From the NCBI GenBank assembly GCA_023384135.1, contig JAHDXS010000001.1, positions 965,878-1,029,877 on the forward strand: 64,000 nt of DNA, given 5' to 3'. Source of the DNA: Alphaproteobacteria bacterium. Lineage in GTDB: Bacteria > Pseudomonadota > Alphaproteobacteria > Micavibrionales > Micavibrionaceae. Shown one piece after another: positions 28,718-37,817 of the stretch. Position 1 is the first letter of the stretch. Each line of letters opens with the position of its first letter. The position numbers and the translations under genes were made by a program. The notes under the pieces were generated by a model, which ran no database searches, was not told where the DNA came from, and worked only from the letters and a program-made list of their open reading frames with translations.

Positions 28718-31180
28718 ATGGCCTACAAGGTAATCGACGATTTCTCCGGCTCGCCCGAACAGCAAGGCCTTCAGCCCTTGAGGTTGCAGATCAACGGACC
28801 CTCCCTCGACCTGCCCGACGCCTCCTTCGTGCGCGACGCCGATCTCTCCCGCGACGGCCAGAATCTTGTGATCGAAGGCCCGCACGGCACGATCGTCGTT
28901 GAATCCTACTTCGCGCAGGCCGAGCCGCCGATACTGACCGCCCCGGACGGCAGCGCCCTCACCCCCGCCCTTGTGGAATCCTTCCTGAAGAACACCGCGC
29001 AATACGCCGAAACCTCCACGGCCAGCGTCACGGATGTCAGCCCCGTGGGCGCGGTGAAGGAAATCAGCGGCGAGGCCACCGTCACCCGCGCGAACGGCAA
29101 GGTCGAGACGCTCGGCGTCGGCAGCCCGATCTATCAGGGTGACATCATCGAGACCAGCGAAGACGGCGCGGTCAACATCATCTTCATCGACGAAAGCACC
29201 TTCGCCGTCTCCAACGACGCGCGCATGGCCATTGACCAGTATGTTTTCGACCCCGCGACCAGCGGCGGCAAAACCAACTTCTCCGTCCTCAAGGGCGTGT
29301 TCGTCTTCACCTCCGGCCTGATCGGGCGCGAAGACCCCGACGATGTGGAAATTCAGACGCCTGCGGGCTCCATCGGGATTCGCGGAACCATCATCGCGGG
29401 CAATGTGGACACCGGCGAGATCACGGTGATCGAGGGCGCGATCGTCCTGACCGACAACAACGGCAATACCGTCACCCTCTCAAACGAATTCGAAACCGCC
29501 ATCTTCCAGACCGAAGAGGGCAAGATCGAACTGGTCGGCCAGCTCTCCGCAAAGGACGTCGCCGATCGTTACGCCACCATCGCCAACGTCACCACAGGCC
29601 TCTTCTCCACCATCCAGGAAAACGCCACCGACAAGAACGGCGAGCAGAAACAAGACGAGAAGACCGACAAGGAATCCTTCCTCGACGACATGGACCTGTT
29701 CAGCGACGATATCGTTCCGGCGACGACAGGAAGCCAGTCGCTCGCCGTCCAACTAGTCGAGCAAAGCTTCGAAGAACGCTCCGTCTCCTCCGGCACGCAG
29801 GGCTTCCTGCCCCCGGTATCGGCGGACCTCGCTCCCGTGACGCCGCCCATCGCGGTTCTGGTCGAAAGACTGGCCTTTGCGGAAAATGACAACTCCGGCG
29901 TGGCCGTGGCCCGCCTGACCGCGCAATTCGTGAACTTCGCCAACATCAATCTCGTAGGCCTCTCCAACAACTTCTTCGACATTGTACGCGAAAGCGACAC
30001 GACCTTCCTCGTCTACCTGCGAAGCGGCGTGTCGATGGATTACGAGAACCCATTCAACTTGCTGTACGCGGCCTCCGACCTTCAAGGCAACGTTATCGCC
30101 GACGCTACGAACCTGAGCGTCACGAACGTCAACGAGGGCGTGATCCTGACCAACGCCGAGCCAAACACGGTCGGAGCCAGCAACTACTTCGCCGCCTCCA
30201 ACAGCAACCTCTGGTCCTATGATTTCAGCAACGCCTTTAGCGACCAGGAAGGCGAGATTGCCTCCTATACGGTTCTGAACCCGCCGATCAGCATCGGCAT
30301 CGCCGACTTCGATTTCGACAACGCCACCGGCGTGATGGATATTCTCTTCAACGGCCTCGTGGACGGCAGCAACCACACCTTCACCGTGGAGGCCCGCGAT
30401 TCCTCCAACGCGATCATCGGCACCGTCACCATTAACTTCGATACCATTACACAAGACAATTTCAGCGGGATCATGGTCTCCGACAACGAGGTGTTCAGTT
30501 CGTCCGGCAACGTCGCCGATACGGTTCTCATCTCCTCGAACGGCAACACGGCCTTTACGGATGCCGGAGCCGACAGCATCTCGATCGCAGGAAACAACAA
30601 CCGCGTCATGGCCGGCGATGGTAACGACACGGTGACCCTGACCTCGGGCACGGTGAACTTCATCCACGGCGGCGCGGGCGCCGACAGCCTCATCCTCGGC
30701 CTGATGCACGACATCAAGGCCTACGGCGGCGAGGGCAGCGACGTATTCCGCCTCACGACCTCGGCGGCGGTGAACGACCTGCAAACCTATACCACCGGGC
30801 TTCTGATCGATGGCGGCAACGACAGCCTGTCCGCTTCCAACGCCGGAGACGTTCTGCGCCTTGATGCGGCGGCAGGCGACATCGACTTTGCCCTGATCGA
30901 CAACGCGATCATCAAGAACATCGAGACCCTCCACACCGACAACGGCGCCGCGACCGTGATCGACCTCGATTACCAGAGCGTTCTGGGCATGACCGACATG
31001 GATCGCACGCTCTATATCAACATGGACGGCAACGACTCCCTGCACTTCAACAACACGTCGGGCAACACCTTCTATCGCACCGGAACCGCGACCAACAGCG
31101 GCGAGACCTATGACGTCTACACCGACGGGGTCATCACCCTCATGGTCGATACGGAAAACGCCACCGTCACCGGCCTGTAA
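28718..31180 (+). CDS. large secreted repeat protein, RTX-like C-terminal Gly/Asp repeats (probable T1SS substrate/adhesin)
   Basis: 820 aa, no Cys, acidic. C-terminal repeats of the type GGAGADSLILG, GGEGSDVFRL, GDGNDTVTL. Confidence 0.7.
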   Translation: MAYKVIDDFSGSPEQQGLQPLRLQINGPSLDLPDASFVRDADLSRDGQNLVIEGPHGTIVVESYFAQAEPPILTAPDGSALTPALVESFLKNTAQYAETSTASVTDVSPVGAVKEISGEATVTRANGKVETLGVGSPIYQGDIIETSEDGAVNIIFIDESTFAVSNDARMAIDQYVFDPATSGGKTNFSVLKGVFVFTSGLIGREDPDDVEIQTPAGSIGIRGTIIAGNVDTGEITVIEGAIVLTDNNGNTVTLSNEFETAIFQTEEGKIELVGQLSAKDVADRYATIANVTTGLFSTIQENATDKNGEQKQDEKTDKESFLDDMDLFSDDIVPATTGSQSLAVQLVEQSFEERSVSSGTQGFLPPVSADLAPVTPPIAVLVERLAFAENDNSGVAVARLTAQFVNFANINLVGLSNNFFDIVRESDTTFLVYLRSGVSMDYENPFNLLYAASDLQGNVIADATNLSVTNVNEGVILTNAEPNTVGASNYFAASNSNLWSYDFSNAFSDQEGEIASYTVLNPPISIGIADFDFDNATGVMDILFNGLVDGSNHTFTVEARDSSNAIIGTVTINFDTITQDNFSGIMVSDNEVFSSSGNVADTVLISSNGNTAFTDAGADSISIAGNNNRVMAGDGNDTVTLTSGTVNFIHGGAGADSLILGLMHDIKAYGGEGSDVFRLTTSAAVNDLQTYTTGLLIDGGNDSLSASNAGDVLRLDAAAGDIDFALIDNAIIKNIETLHTDNGAATVIDLDYQSVLGMTDMDRTLYINMDGNDSLHFNNTSGNTFYRTGTATNSGETYDVYTDGVITLMVDTENATVTGL

Positions 31181-31300
31181 TCATAGCCCCTGCCCAATCC
31201 CCTGAAACGCCCGGCATCCGGGCGCTAACCCCTTATTCCCCTTGACAACATGAGGTTTTGCCCAGCAAAGTTCTCACCTTGTCATATTATAAGGAAAAGG

Positions 31301-32701
31301 ATGTTCGGGATGGATCTGCCTGAATTTGATATGCCCATGATCTGGAGCGCCTTGGGCGGCGTTCTCGCGCTGATCGTCGTACTGGCCTTCCTGCTCCGGC
31401 GCGTCGTGCCGACCAACGAGGTGCATATCGTCCAGTCCCGCAAATCCACAAAATCTTATGGAAAAGATACCGACAACGGCAACACCTATTACGAATGGCC
31501 GTCATGGCTCCCCCTGCTCGGGATCACCAAAATCGTCATGCCCGTATCGGTCTTCGACATCCAACTCGTGGCCTATGAGGCTTATGACGTAGGCCGCGTG
31601 CCGTTCGTCGTCGATATCGTGGCGTTCTTCCGCATCGCCGACAGCAACCTCGCCGCGCAAAGGGTCGCCAGCTTCACGGAACTGGAAAACCAGCTCCGCG
31701 CGATTGTTCAGGGCGCGGTACGGACGATTCTGGCCTCGCACGATATCGATAAAATTATGCTCGAACGCAGCGTCTACGGCGAGCAATTCACAGAGGCCGT
31801 AAACGACCAGCTCAAAAGCTGGGGCGTTGTTCCCGTCAAGAATATCGAATTGATGGATATCCGCGACGCCTCGGAAAACCGCGTGATTCACAACATCATG
31901 GAGAAAAAGAAATCCCTGATCGAGATGCAGAGCCGCACTGAGGTGGCCGACAACATCAAGAACGCCGAAGTCGCGGAGATCGAGGCCCGCCGCGCCCGCG
32001 ACATCAAGGATCAAGAGGCCCAGCAGGCCGTGGGCGAGCGCACCGCCGAAAAGCATAAGGTCGTAGGCATCGCCAACGAAAAGGCCTCGCAGGACATCAA
32101 GGATCAGCAGCGCGTGACCAAGGAAAAGGAAATGGCGGTCGTTCAGGTCAACGACGTTAAGCGTGCCGAAATCACCCGCGACATGAACGTGGTGAAGGCC
32201 GACGAGGATAAAAAATCCATGATCCTGCGCGCCGAAGGCCAACTGGAGGCTAAAAGGCGCGAAGCCGAGGGGATTACGATTGAGGGCGGCGCCCGCGCCG
32301 ACGCCGAAAAGGCCATGCAGCTCGCCCCCGTTCAGGCCCAGATCGAACTCGCCAAGGAAATCGGCAGCAATCAGGGCTATCAAAGCTACCTGATCTCCAT
32401 CCGCCAGATCGAGGCGACGCAGGCCGTCGGCATCGAACAGGCGCAGGCTCTTAAATCCGCCGACCTCAAGGTCATCGCGAACGCGGGCGACCCCGTAAGC
32501 GGCGTGAATAAAATGATGGACGTGTTTTCATCCAGAGGCGGCACCGAACTGGCCGCGATGGTCGAGGCCTTCGCCCAGTCCGAGCAGGGACAGGCAATCC
32601 TGAATAAATTCGGCGTAACCGCACCCGCCCCGGCGACCAAGGCAAAGGCCGAAAAGCCGCCCGCGCCGCCTACGAAGCCCACGAAGGGGTTTGATGGTTA
32701 G
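31301..32701 (+). CDS. SPFH/flotillin-family protein (YqiK-like); start at MFGMD with AGGAAAAGG RBS
   Basis: N-terminal TM, SPFH core, long Ala/Glu/Lys/Gln coiled-coil tail. Confidence 0.7.
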   Translation: MFGMDLPEFDMPMIWSALGGVLALIVVLAFLLRRVVPTNEVHIVQSRKSTKSYGKDTDNGNTYYEWPSWLPLLGITKIVMPVSVFDIQLVAYEAYDVGRVPFVVDIVAFFRIADSNLAAQRVASFTELENQLRAIVQGAVRTILASHDIDKIMLERSVYGEQFTEAVNDQLKSWGVVPVKNIELMDIRDASENRVIHNIMEKKKSLIEMQSRTEVADNIKNAEVAEIEARRARDIKDQEAQQAVGERTAEKHKVVGIANEKASQDIKDQQRVTKEKEMAVVQVNDVKRAEITRDMNVVKADEDKKSMILRAEGQLEAKRREAEGITIEGGARADAEKAMQLAPVQAQIELAKEIGSNQGYQSYLISIRQIEATQAVGIEQAQALKSADLKVIANAGDPVSGVNKMMDVFSSRGGTELAAMVEAFAQSEQGQAILNKFGVTAPAPATKAKAEKPPAPPTKPTKGFDG

Positions 32702-32828
32702 GGTCAAAAGCTATTGTTATTTAATTGCTTGAAGTGTCGGAATGTGACGCGGTCGGCGGCGCGGATCTGAGGGGTGGCATATTGTAAGAACACGCTTTCT
32801 TATCCGATACCCAGCATAAGTTTAGGTT

Positions 32829-33524
32829 CTATTCCTTGTTTTGGTTCTCCCACACATATTGCCTCCATGGCCATTTTTTTCTTCCGCCTTTGGAGAACAG
32901 GGCTATCTCTACATTTTCTCCAGAAACGCGCAGCTTTTCAGCAAGTTGGTCTATGAATTCACAAAAATTTTTATAATTATCGACCGTATTACTTTTATTA
33001 ACATACCCATACGTTAGGTGAACAATCTCCTCTCCTTTGAGAAGATTTACTGACTTAGAAGTCCACTGATCCATGATGTAACCCTTATGAGTCGGGTCGC
33101 AAAAAAAGATCAGCTTTGTGAAATAAGCAGCACCCATCCCTAAATTTTGTGGCTTTTTCCAAATGCTGTCAAAGCGCTCATAAGCTTCGTAATGTGAAAT
33201 AGAACCCATACGCATATCACGAATAATGGGTTCTATTTCATTGAATCGATTAAAGAGCGTTATGCCATGTTTCCTGTTTTGCCCACCCCAAGCCATTACT
33301 GCCGCAACGCATTCAATATGAGAGGTGCCGCTATCCTTACGACACAGATTTTTTAATTTAGTACGTGTCTGCTTCTCATTTGGAAAATTGGCTTTAAAGT
33401 GTTGTTGTTCTAACCCGGAAGCTACATATTCCCACCATTCTTTGACATTAAAACCGATCGGTTTTTCTTCTGAAATTGCGCCTGCTAAATATTGAGAAAA
33501 TTTATCGTAGTGTAGATTAGACAT
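32829..33524 (-). CDS. AT-rich hypothetical protein (231 aa)
   Basis: About 40% GC against a ~60% background. LGMGAAYFTKLIFFCDPTHKGYIMDQW loosely resembles an HhH hairpin with downstream Asp. Confidence 0.5.
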   Translation of the reverse strand: MSNLHYDKFSQYLAGAISEEKPIGFNVKEWWEYVASGLEQQHFKANFPNEKQTRTKLKNLCRKDSGTSHIECVAAVMAWGGQNRKHGITLFNRFNEIEPIIRDMRMGSISHYEAYERFDSIWKKPQNLGMGAAYFTKLIFFCDPTHKGYIMDQWTSKSVNLLKGEEIVHLTYGYVNKSNTVDNYKNFCEFIDQLAEKLRVSGENVEIALFSKGGRKKWPWRQYVWENQNKE

Positions 33525-33620
33525 ACCAACAAAAGACCTCGCGCTATTTAAACCATTAAACTGTTATGGTATGTAAAAAAAAGCAGATGCAAGCCTGAAA
33601 CCGCTACAACCTCTGCCCCC

Positions 33621-34181
33621 CTAAAACCCCATCGCGTAAAAATAATAGACATAAAACGCCGCCCAGCAAACCCCGTTGATCCGCAACAGCGTGCGGGTGG
33701 AAAACCGCCCGCGCAGAACCCGGCCGATCGTGTAAACCATCCCAGTCACAAGGATAAACCGCAACGCACGTACACCCGCGCTGATCCCCGCGAAATCGAG
33801 CGGCGGCACACCCAGATGCCCCGCCCACACCGCATAAATCTTGTAGGGAACGCCCGAAACCCCGCCATTCATCATGGAAAGCCACACCGGCCCCGCCTGC
33901 ATCGCCCCGCCGACCGTCTCGATCAAACCCGGCCCGATCGCCGGAATGGCGTCCAGAAACACCTGCGCCTGCGCAAAACCGTAAGCGCCGAACACGTACA
34001 TCAGAAGCCCGCCCGCAACCGCCCCCGCCGTGGCCAGCGCGATATGAACGGCAATCCCCTTGCGCCTCTTGAGCACAAGAAAACTCAGCCACACATCCGG
34101 CACGAAAAAAAAGAACGTCGCCTCGGCAAAACCCCAGAGGAAACTGACCAGACGCGCACCCGGAAAACGAAAATGCATCAC
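33621..34181 (-). CDS. small polytopic membrane protein (YqaA/DedA-like)
   Basis: About 5 predicted TM helices. Directly downstream of glpK on the same strand. Confidence 0.5.
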   Translation of the reverse strand: MMHFRFPGARLVSFLWGFAEATFFFFVPDVWLSFLVLKRRKGIAVHIALATAGAVAGGLLMYVFGAYGFAQAQVFLDAIPAIGPGLIETVGGAMQAGPVWLSMMNGGVSGVPYKIYAVWAGHLGVPPLDFAGISAGVRALRFILVTGMVYTIGRVLRGRFSTRTLLRINGVCWAAFYVYYFYAMGF

Positions 34182-34340
34182 GCCAGCCTCACCGAAACCC
34201 TAAAGGACTATCGCAAAAATCCCGATCTGGAATATGAAAATGAATCATTCCAGCGTTTTAACCATACGTTCAAATAACCAAACTACGAACAATGAAATTT
34301 TGAGTCGGAGATTCAAAAACGCAAACTGAATCATCGCTCC

Positions 34341-35828
34341 CTACACGCCGACCAGGCTCCGCGCGACCGCCCACTGCCACCCCTCGTAAAGACGCTGCGC
34401 CTCCTGCGCACTCATTCGGGGTTCATGGATATGCGCCGCCACGCGCCGCGCGGCCGTCTCTTCGAGATTTTTAAACACCCCGGCGCCGACACCGGCCAGA
34501 CACGCCGCCCCCCACGCCGTGCATTCGCGCACCTTGGGCACGTCGAGTGGCTTTTGCATAAGATCGGCGATCATTTGCCGCACCAGCGCATTCCCGACCA
34601 GCCCGCCATCGGCCCGGATGACCGGCGCAGCAAAGCCGCAATCCGCCTCCATCGCGCTCAGAAGATCGCGCGTCTGATACCCCTGCGCCTCCAGCGCCGC
34701 TCTCGCGATATGCGCCTTCCGTGTGTCGCGGGCGAGGCCGGAGATCACGCCCCGCGCCCCAGGCTGCCAGTGCGGTGCCCCCAGCCCGGTGAAGGCGGGC
34801 ACGAAATAGACCCCGCCCGCATCGGGAACCGACGCCGCCAGCGCCTCGCTCTCCGCCGCATTCTGGAAAAAGCCAAGATTGTCGCGCAGAAACTGCACCG
34901 CCGTCCCCGCGTTAAAAATCGAGCCTTCGAGAGCATAAGTCGTCACACCCCCGACCTGATACGCCACAGTCGTCAGCATCCGGTTGGTCGATAAACGCGC
35001 CTCTGCCCCGGTATTCATCAGCACGAAACACCCCGTGCCATAGGTCGCCTTGACCATTCCGGGGGATAAACACCCCTGCCCGATCAGGGCCGCTTGCTGA
35101 TCACCCGCTACGCCATATATTGGACATTCTTGGCCAAGTGTACGCGCCTCTATTTGGCCAAAATCAGAAATATTGTCCAATATAGTCGGCATTATTAAAG
35201 GGGGAACGCCAAACATGTCCAATAAGTCGTTGTCCCATTTTTTATCCTGTATGTTATACAGCATGGTGCGTGAGGCATTGGTGGCATCGGTGGCATGTAC
35301 GCGCCCACCCGTCAAATGCCAGAGAAGGAAGGAATCCACAGTGCCGAAGGCGATCTCCCCCGCCGCCGCCCGCTCAGAAACCCCTTCAACATGATCGAAT
35401 ATCCATTTGATTTTAGTGGCTGAAAAATACGGATCGAGCAGCAAGCCCGTCTTGCGGGCGATCGCCCCCTCCACGCCCGTTTGCCGTAACGCGGCACACA
35501 GATCGGCCGTTCGGCGGTCCTGCCAAACGATGGCGTTATAGACCGGCTCGCCCGTCTTACGGTCCCAGAGGATTGTCGTTTCGCGCTGATTGGTAATTCC
35601 GGCGGCGGCGATCCGCGACGCCTCACCCTTGAGATCCTGAACCACGCCGCGAAGGGTCCAAAGCGTGTCTTTAAGAATGTCGTGCGGGTCCTGCTCCACC
35701 CAGCCATCCTGCGGCGTGATGAGGGCAAGCTCCTTCTGACGCAACGCGACCACCTCGCCCTGCTCGTCAAAGACGATCGCGCGCGAACTGCTAGTGCCCT
35801 GATCAATAGAAAGAAGATACGCAGACAT
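34341..35828 (-). CDS. glpK: glycerol kinase
   Basis: 495 aa. IDQGTSSSRA, FGTVDSFLLWHLTGG, GGVYFVPAFTGLGAPHW. Confidence 0.95.
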   Translation of the reverse strand: MSAYLLSIDQGTSSSRAIVFDEQGEVVALRQKELALITPQDGWVEQDPHDILKDTLWTLRGVVQDLKGEASRIAAAGITNQRETTILWDRKTGEPVYNAIVWQDRRTADLCAALRQTGVEGAIARKTGLLLDPYFSATKIKWIFDHVEGVSERAAAGEIAFGTVDSFLLWHLTGGRVHATDATNASRTMLYNIQDKKWDNDLLDMFGVPPLIMPTILDNISDFGQIEARTLGQECPIYGVAGDQQAALIGQGCLSPGMVKATYGTGCFVLMNTGAEARLSTNRMLTTVAYQVGGVTTYALEGSIFNAGTAVQFLRDNLGFFQNAAESEALAASVPDAGGVYFVPAFTGLGAPHWQPGARGVISGLARDTRKAHIARAALEAQGYQTRDLLSAMEADCGFAAPVIRADGGLVGNALVRQMIADLMQKPLDVPKVRECTAWGAACLAGVGAGVFKNLEETAARRVAAHIHEPRMSAQEAQRLYEGWQWAVARSLVGV

Positions 35829-36064
35829 GCCCTTGTAAACTCAGAAACAAAACGCAAAAAGATAAGTTTTAACTTTAAACAAAGCCACTAAGTCACTGAT
35901 ATGAATCCGGCAATGAATCCAAAAAGCGTTTTGCAAACTTTGCAAAAACCGGATCAAAACCTGAAACCAATCAAAAAATTAAAAAGATGAGCCGGACGAC
36001 TCGAAGAATGAACGGGCGAACGCCCTCGGACAAAATCGCTCAAACGAACAATCAAGCCGTATGA

Positions 36065-37576
36065 TTATGCTACTATGGAGGAAAGCGTGCTGGCAATATT
36101 CTCGGCGGTCTCATCCGTGACTTGTAAACCGAGTTTTGAGCGTCGCCACAAAACATCATCCTCGGTCTGCGCCCATTCGTGCGTGACAAGATACCGCAAT
36201 TCCGCCTCATAGACGTGCTGCCCGCAATAAATCCCGAGACCGGAAAGCGAATCTACCCCGTCCAGAACCATGTCCATACGCGCCCCATAAGCCTGTGCAT
36301 AACGCTTGAGCAACACCTCCGGCAACCAGGGATAACGGGCCTTCTGCCTACTGATGAACGCGCCGAGATCGCCACCATCGAACTCCCCGCCCGTCAGCGG
36401 CTGATCCGCCGTCCACGGGTCGGCCACCACCTTGATCAGATCGACGGCCAGATCGACAACCCGCTCGGCCTGCGCCCGGTAAGTCGTGAGCTTGCCGCCA
36501 AACACGGAAATAAGAGGCTTTGACAGGCGCTTATGGTGATATATTCGACAATCTCTTGAAATCGCCGAGACGCTCTTTTTATCCTGATCGACCAACGCCC
36601 GTACACCGCTGAAGGTAAAAATCGCATCCTCAGGCAAAACGGGGGCCTTGAATGTCTTGTTGTAAGCCGCGCAGAGATAGGCCATCTCATCCTCGCTGGC
36701 CATCGCATCCTTAGGGTCGCCCGCAAAATCGACCTCCGTCGTACCCACCAGCGTAAAATCTCTTTCATAGGGAATGACAAACACCACGCGCCCGTCCGGC
36801 TGCGGCAGGATATAACTCTCCTCGCCCTTGTGCTGCCGGGGCAAAATAATATGGCTCCCCTGCACCAGCCGAACCTTTGGCAAATCCGGGTCGTTCTCGT
36901 CCAGCCCCGTCCCTTCAAGGAAACGCCGCGCCCACGGCCCGGTTGCGTTAATAACGGCAGAGGCATGGATGCTGTAATTGTTCTGGGAATTCCGGTCATG
37001 CAGGGAAACAACCCAATTTCCGCTTTCGGCCTTGAGGCCCGTGCAGATCGTGCGGGTACGAATATCCGCCCCGTTTTCCGCCGCGTCCACGGCATTGAGA
37101 ATAACAAGCCGCGTATCGTCACCCCACCCGTCGGAATAGACGAACCCCCGCTTATATTCCGGCCGCAAGGGCAAACCGAACGCCTCCCCCGCCAAATTCT
37201 GCACCGAACGGAACCGAGGAAGCCGCGTTTTCCCGGCAAACCAGCTATATAGCTTCAGCCCAAGCTTGACCTTCCAGGCCGGATGCCCCGACCCGCCCAT
37301 CGGCAGCACAAAATCCATCCCCCGAACCAGATGCGGCGCAGTCCGCAACAAAGTCTCCCGCTCGCGCAAACTCTCGCGCACCAGCCGGAAATTCATATGC
37401 TCGAGATAGCGCAAACCGCCGTGAATCAGCTTCGTGCTCGCTGAAGATGTACCGCTCGCAAGATCGTCCCCCTCAACCAGAATGACAGACAAGCCCCGCC
37501 CGGCGGCGTCGCGGGCTATCCCCGCGCCGTTGATTCCCCCCCCGACGACACATAAATCGTAATGCGAAACACTCAT
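36065..37576 (-). CDS. glpD: FAD-dependent glycerol-3-phosphate dehydrogenase
   Basis: YDLCVVGGGINGAGIARDAAGRGLSV FAD fold. Length 503 aa. Confidence 0.92.
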   Translation of the reverse strand: MSVSHYDLCVVGGGINGAGIARDAAGRGLSVILVEGDDLASGTSSASTKLIHGGLRYLEHMNFRLVRESLRERETLLRTAPHLVRGMDFVLPMGGSGHPAWKVKLGLKLYSWFAGKTRLPRFRSVQNLAGEAFGLPLRPEYKRGFVYSDGWGDDTRLVILNAVDAAENGADIRTRTICTGLKAESGNWVVSLHDRNSQNNYSIHASAVINATGPWARRFLEGTGLDENDPDLPKVRLVQGSHIILPRQHKGEESYILPQPDGRVVFVIPYERDFTLVGTTEVDFAGDPKDAMASEDEMAYLCAAYNKTFKAPVLPEDAIFTFSGVRALVDQDKKSVSAISRDCRIYHHKRLSKPLISVFGGKLTTYRAQAERVVDLAVDLIKVVADPWTADQPLTGGEFDGGDLGAFISRQKARYPWLPEVLLKRYAQAYGARMDMVLDGVDSLSGLGIYCGQHVYEAELRYLVTHEWAQTEDDVLWRRSKLGLQVTDETAENIASTLSSIVA

Positions 37577-37817
37577 GGCCCGTTAAGACTACATGATCGC
37601 ACCGCGCGTGAAAAGCGGACCCGGTGAATAAAAAGCCGTGGAAAAATCATGGCTTTTTATGATCCGCAAATGCGCCTGAAACGCACATCCGCAACCGCAG
37701 CAAAAAAATCACAAGAACCCGCGTAAATTGAAAAAATTTGAAAAACTGTACAACTCGATTCATTTTTATTGTATTGTCATATCAGTTCTCTTGAGCGTTT
37801 CTCCACAATATATCCAC

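Noticed and set aside
29753-31045. 430 aa minus-strand ORF and other overlapping ORFs within 28718-31180
   Set aside because: Antisense or shadow ORFs of the RTX-like gene with Gly/Val/Asp/Ala-biased composition.
31502-32383. 293 aa minus-strand ORF
   Set aside because: Antisense to the flotillin gene.
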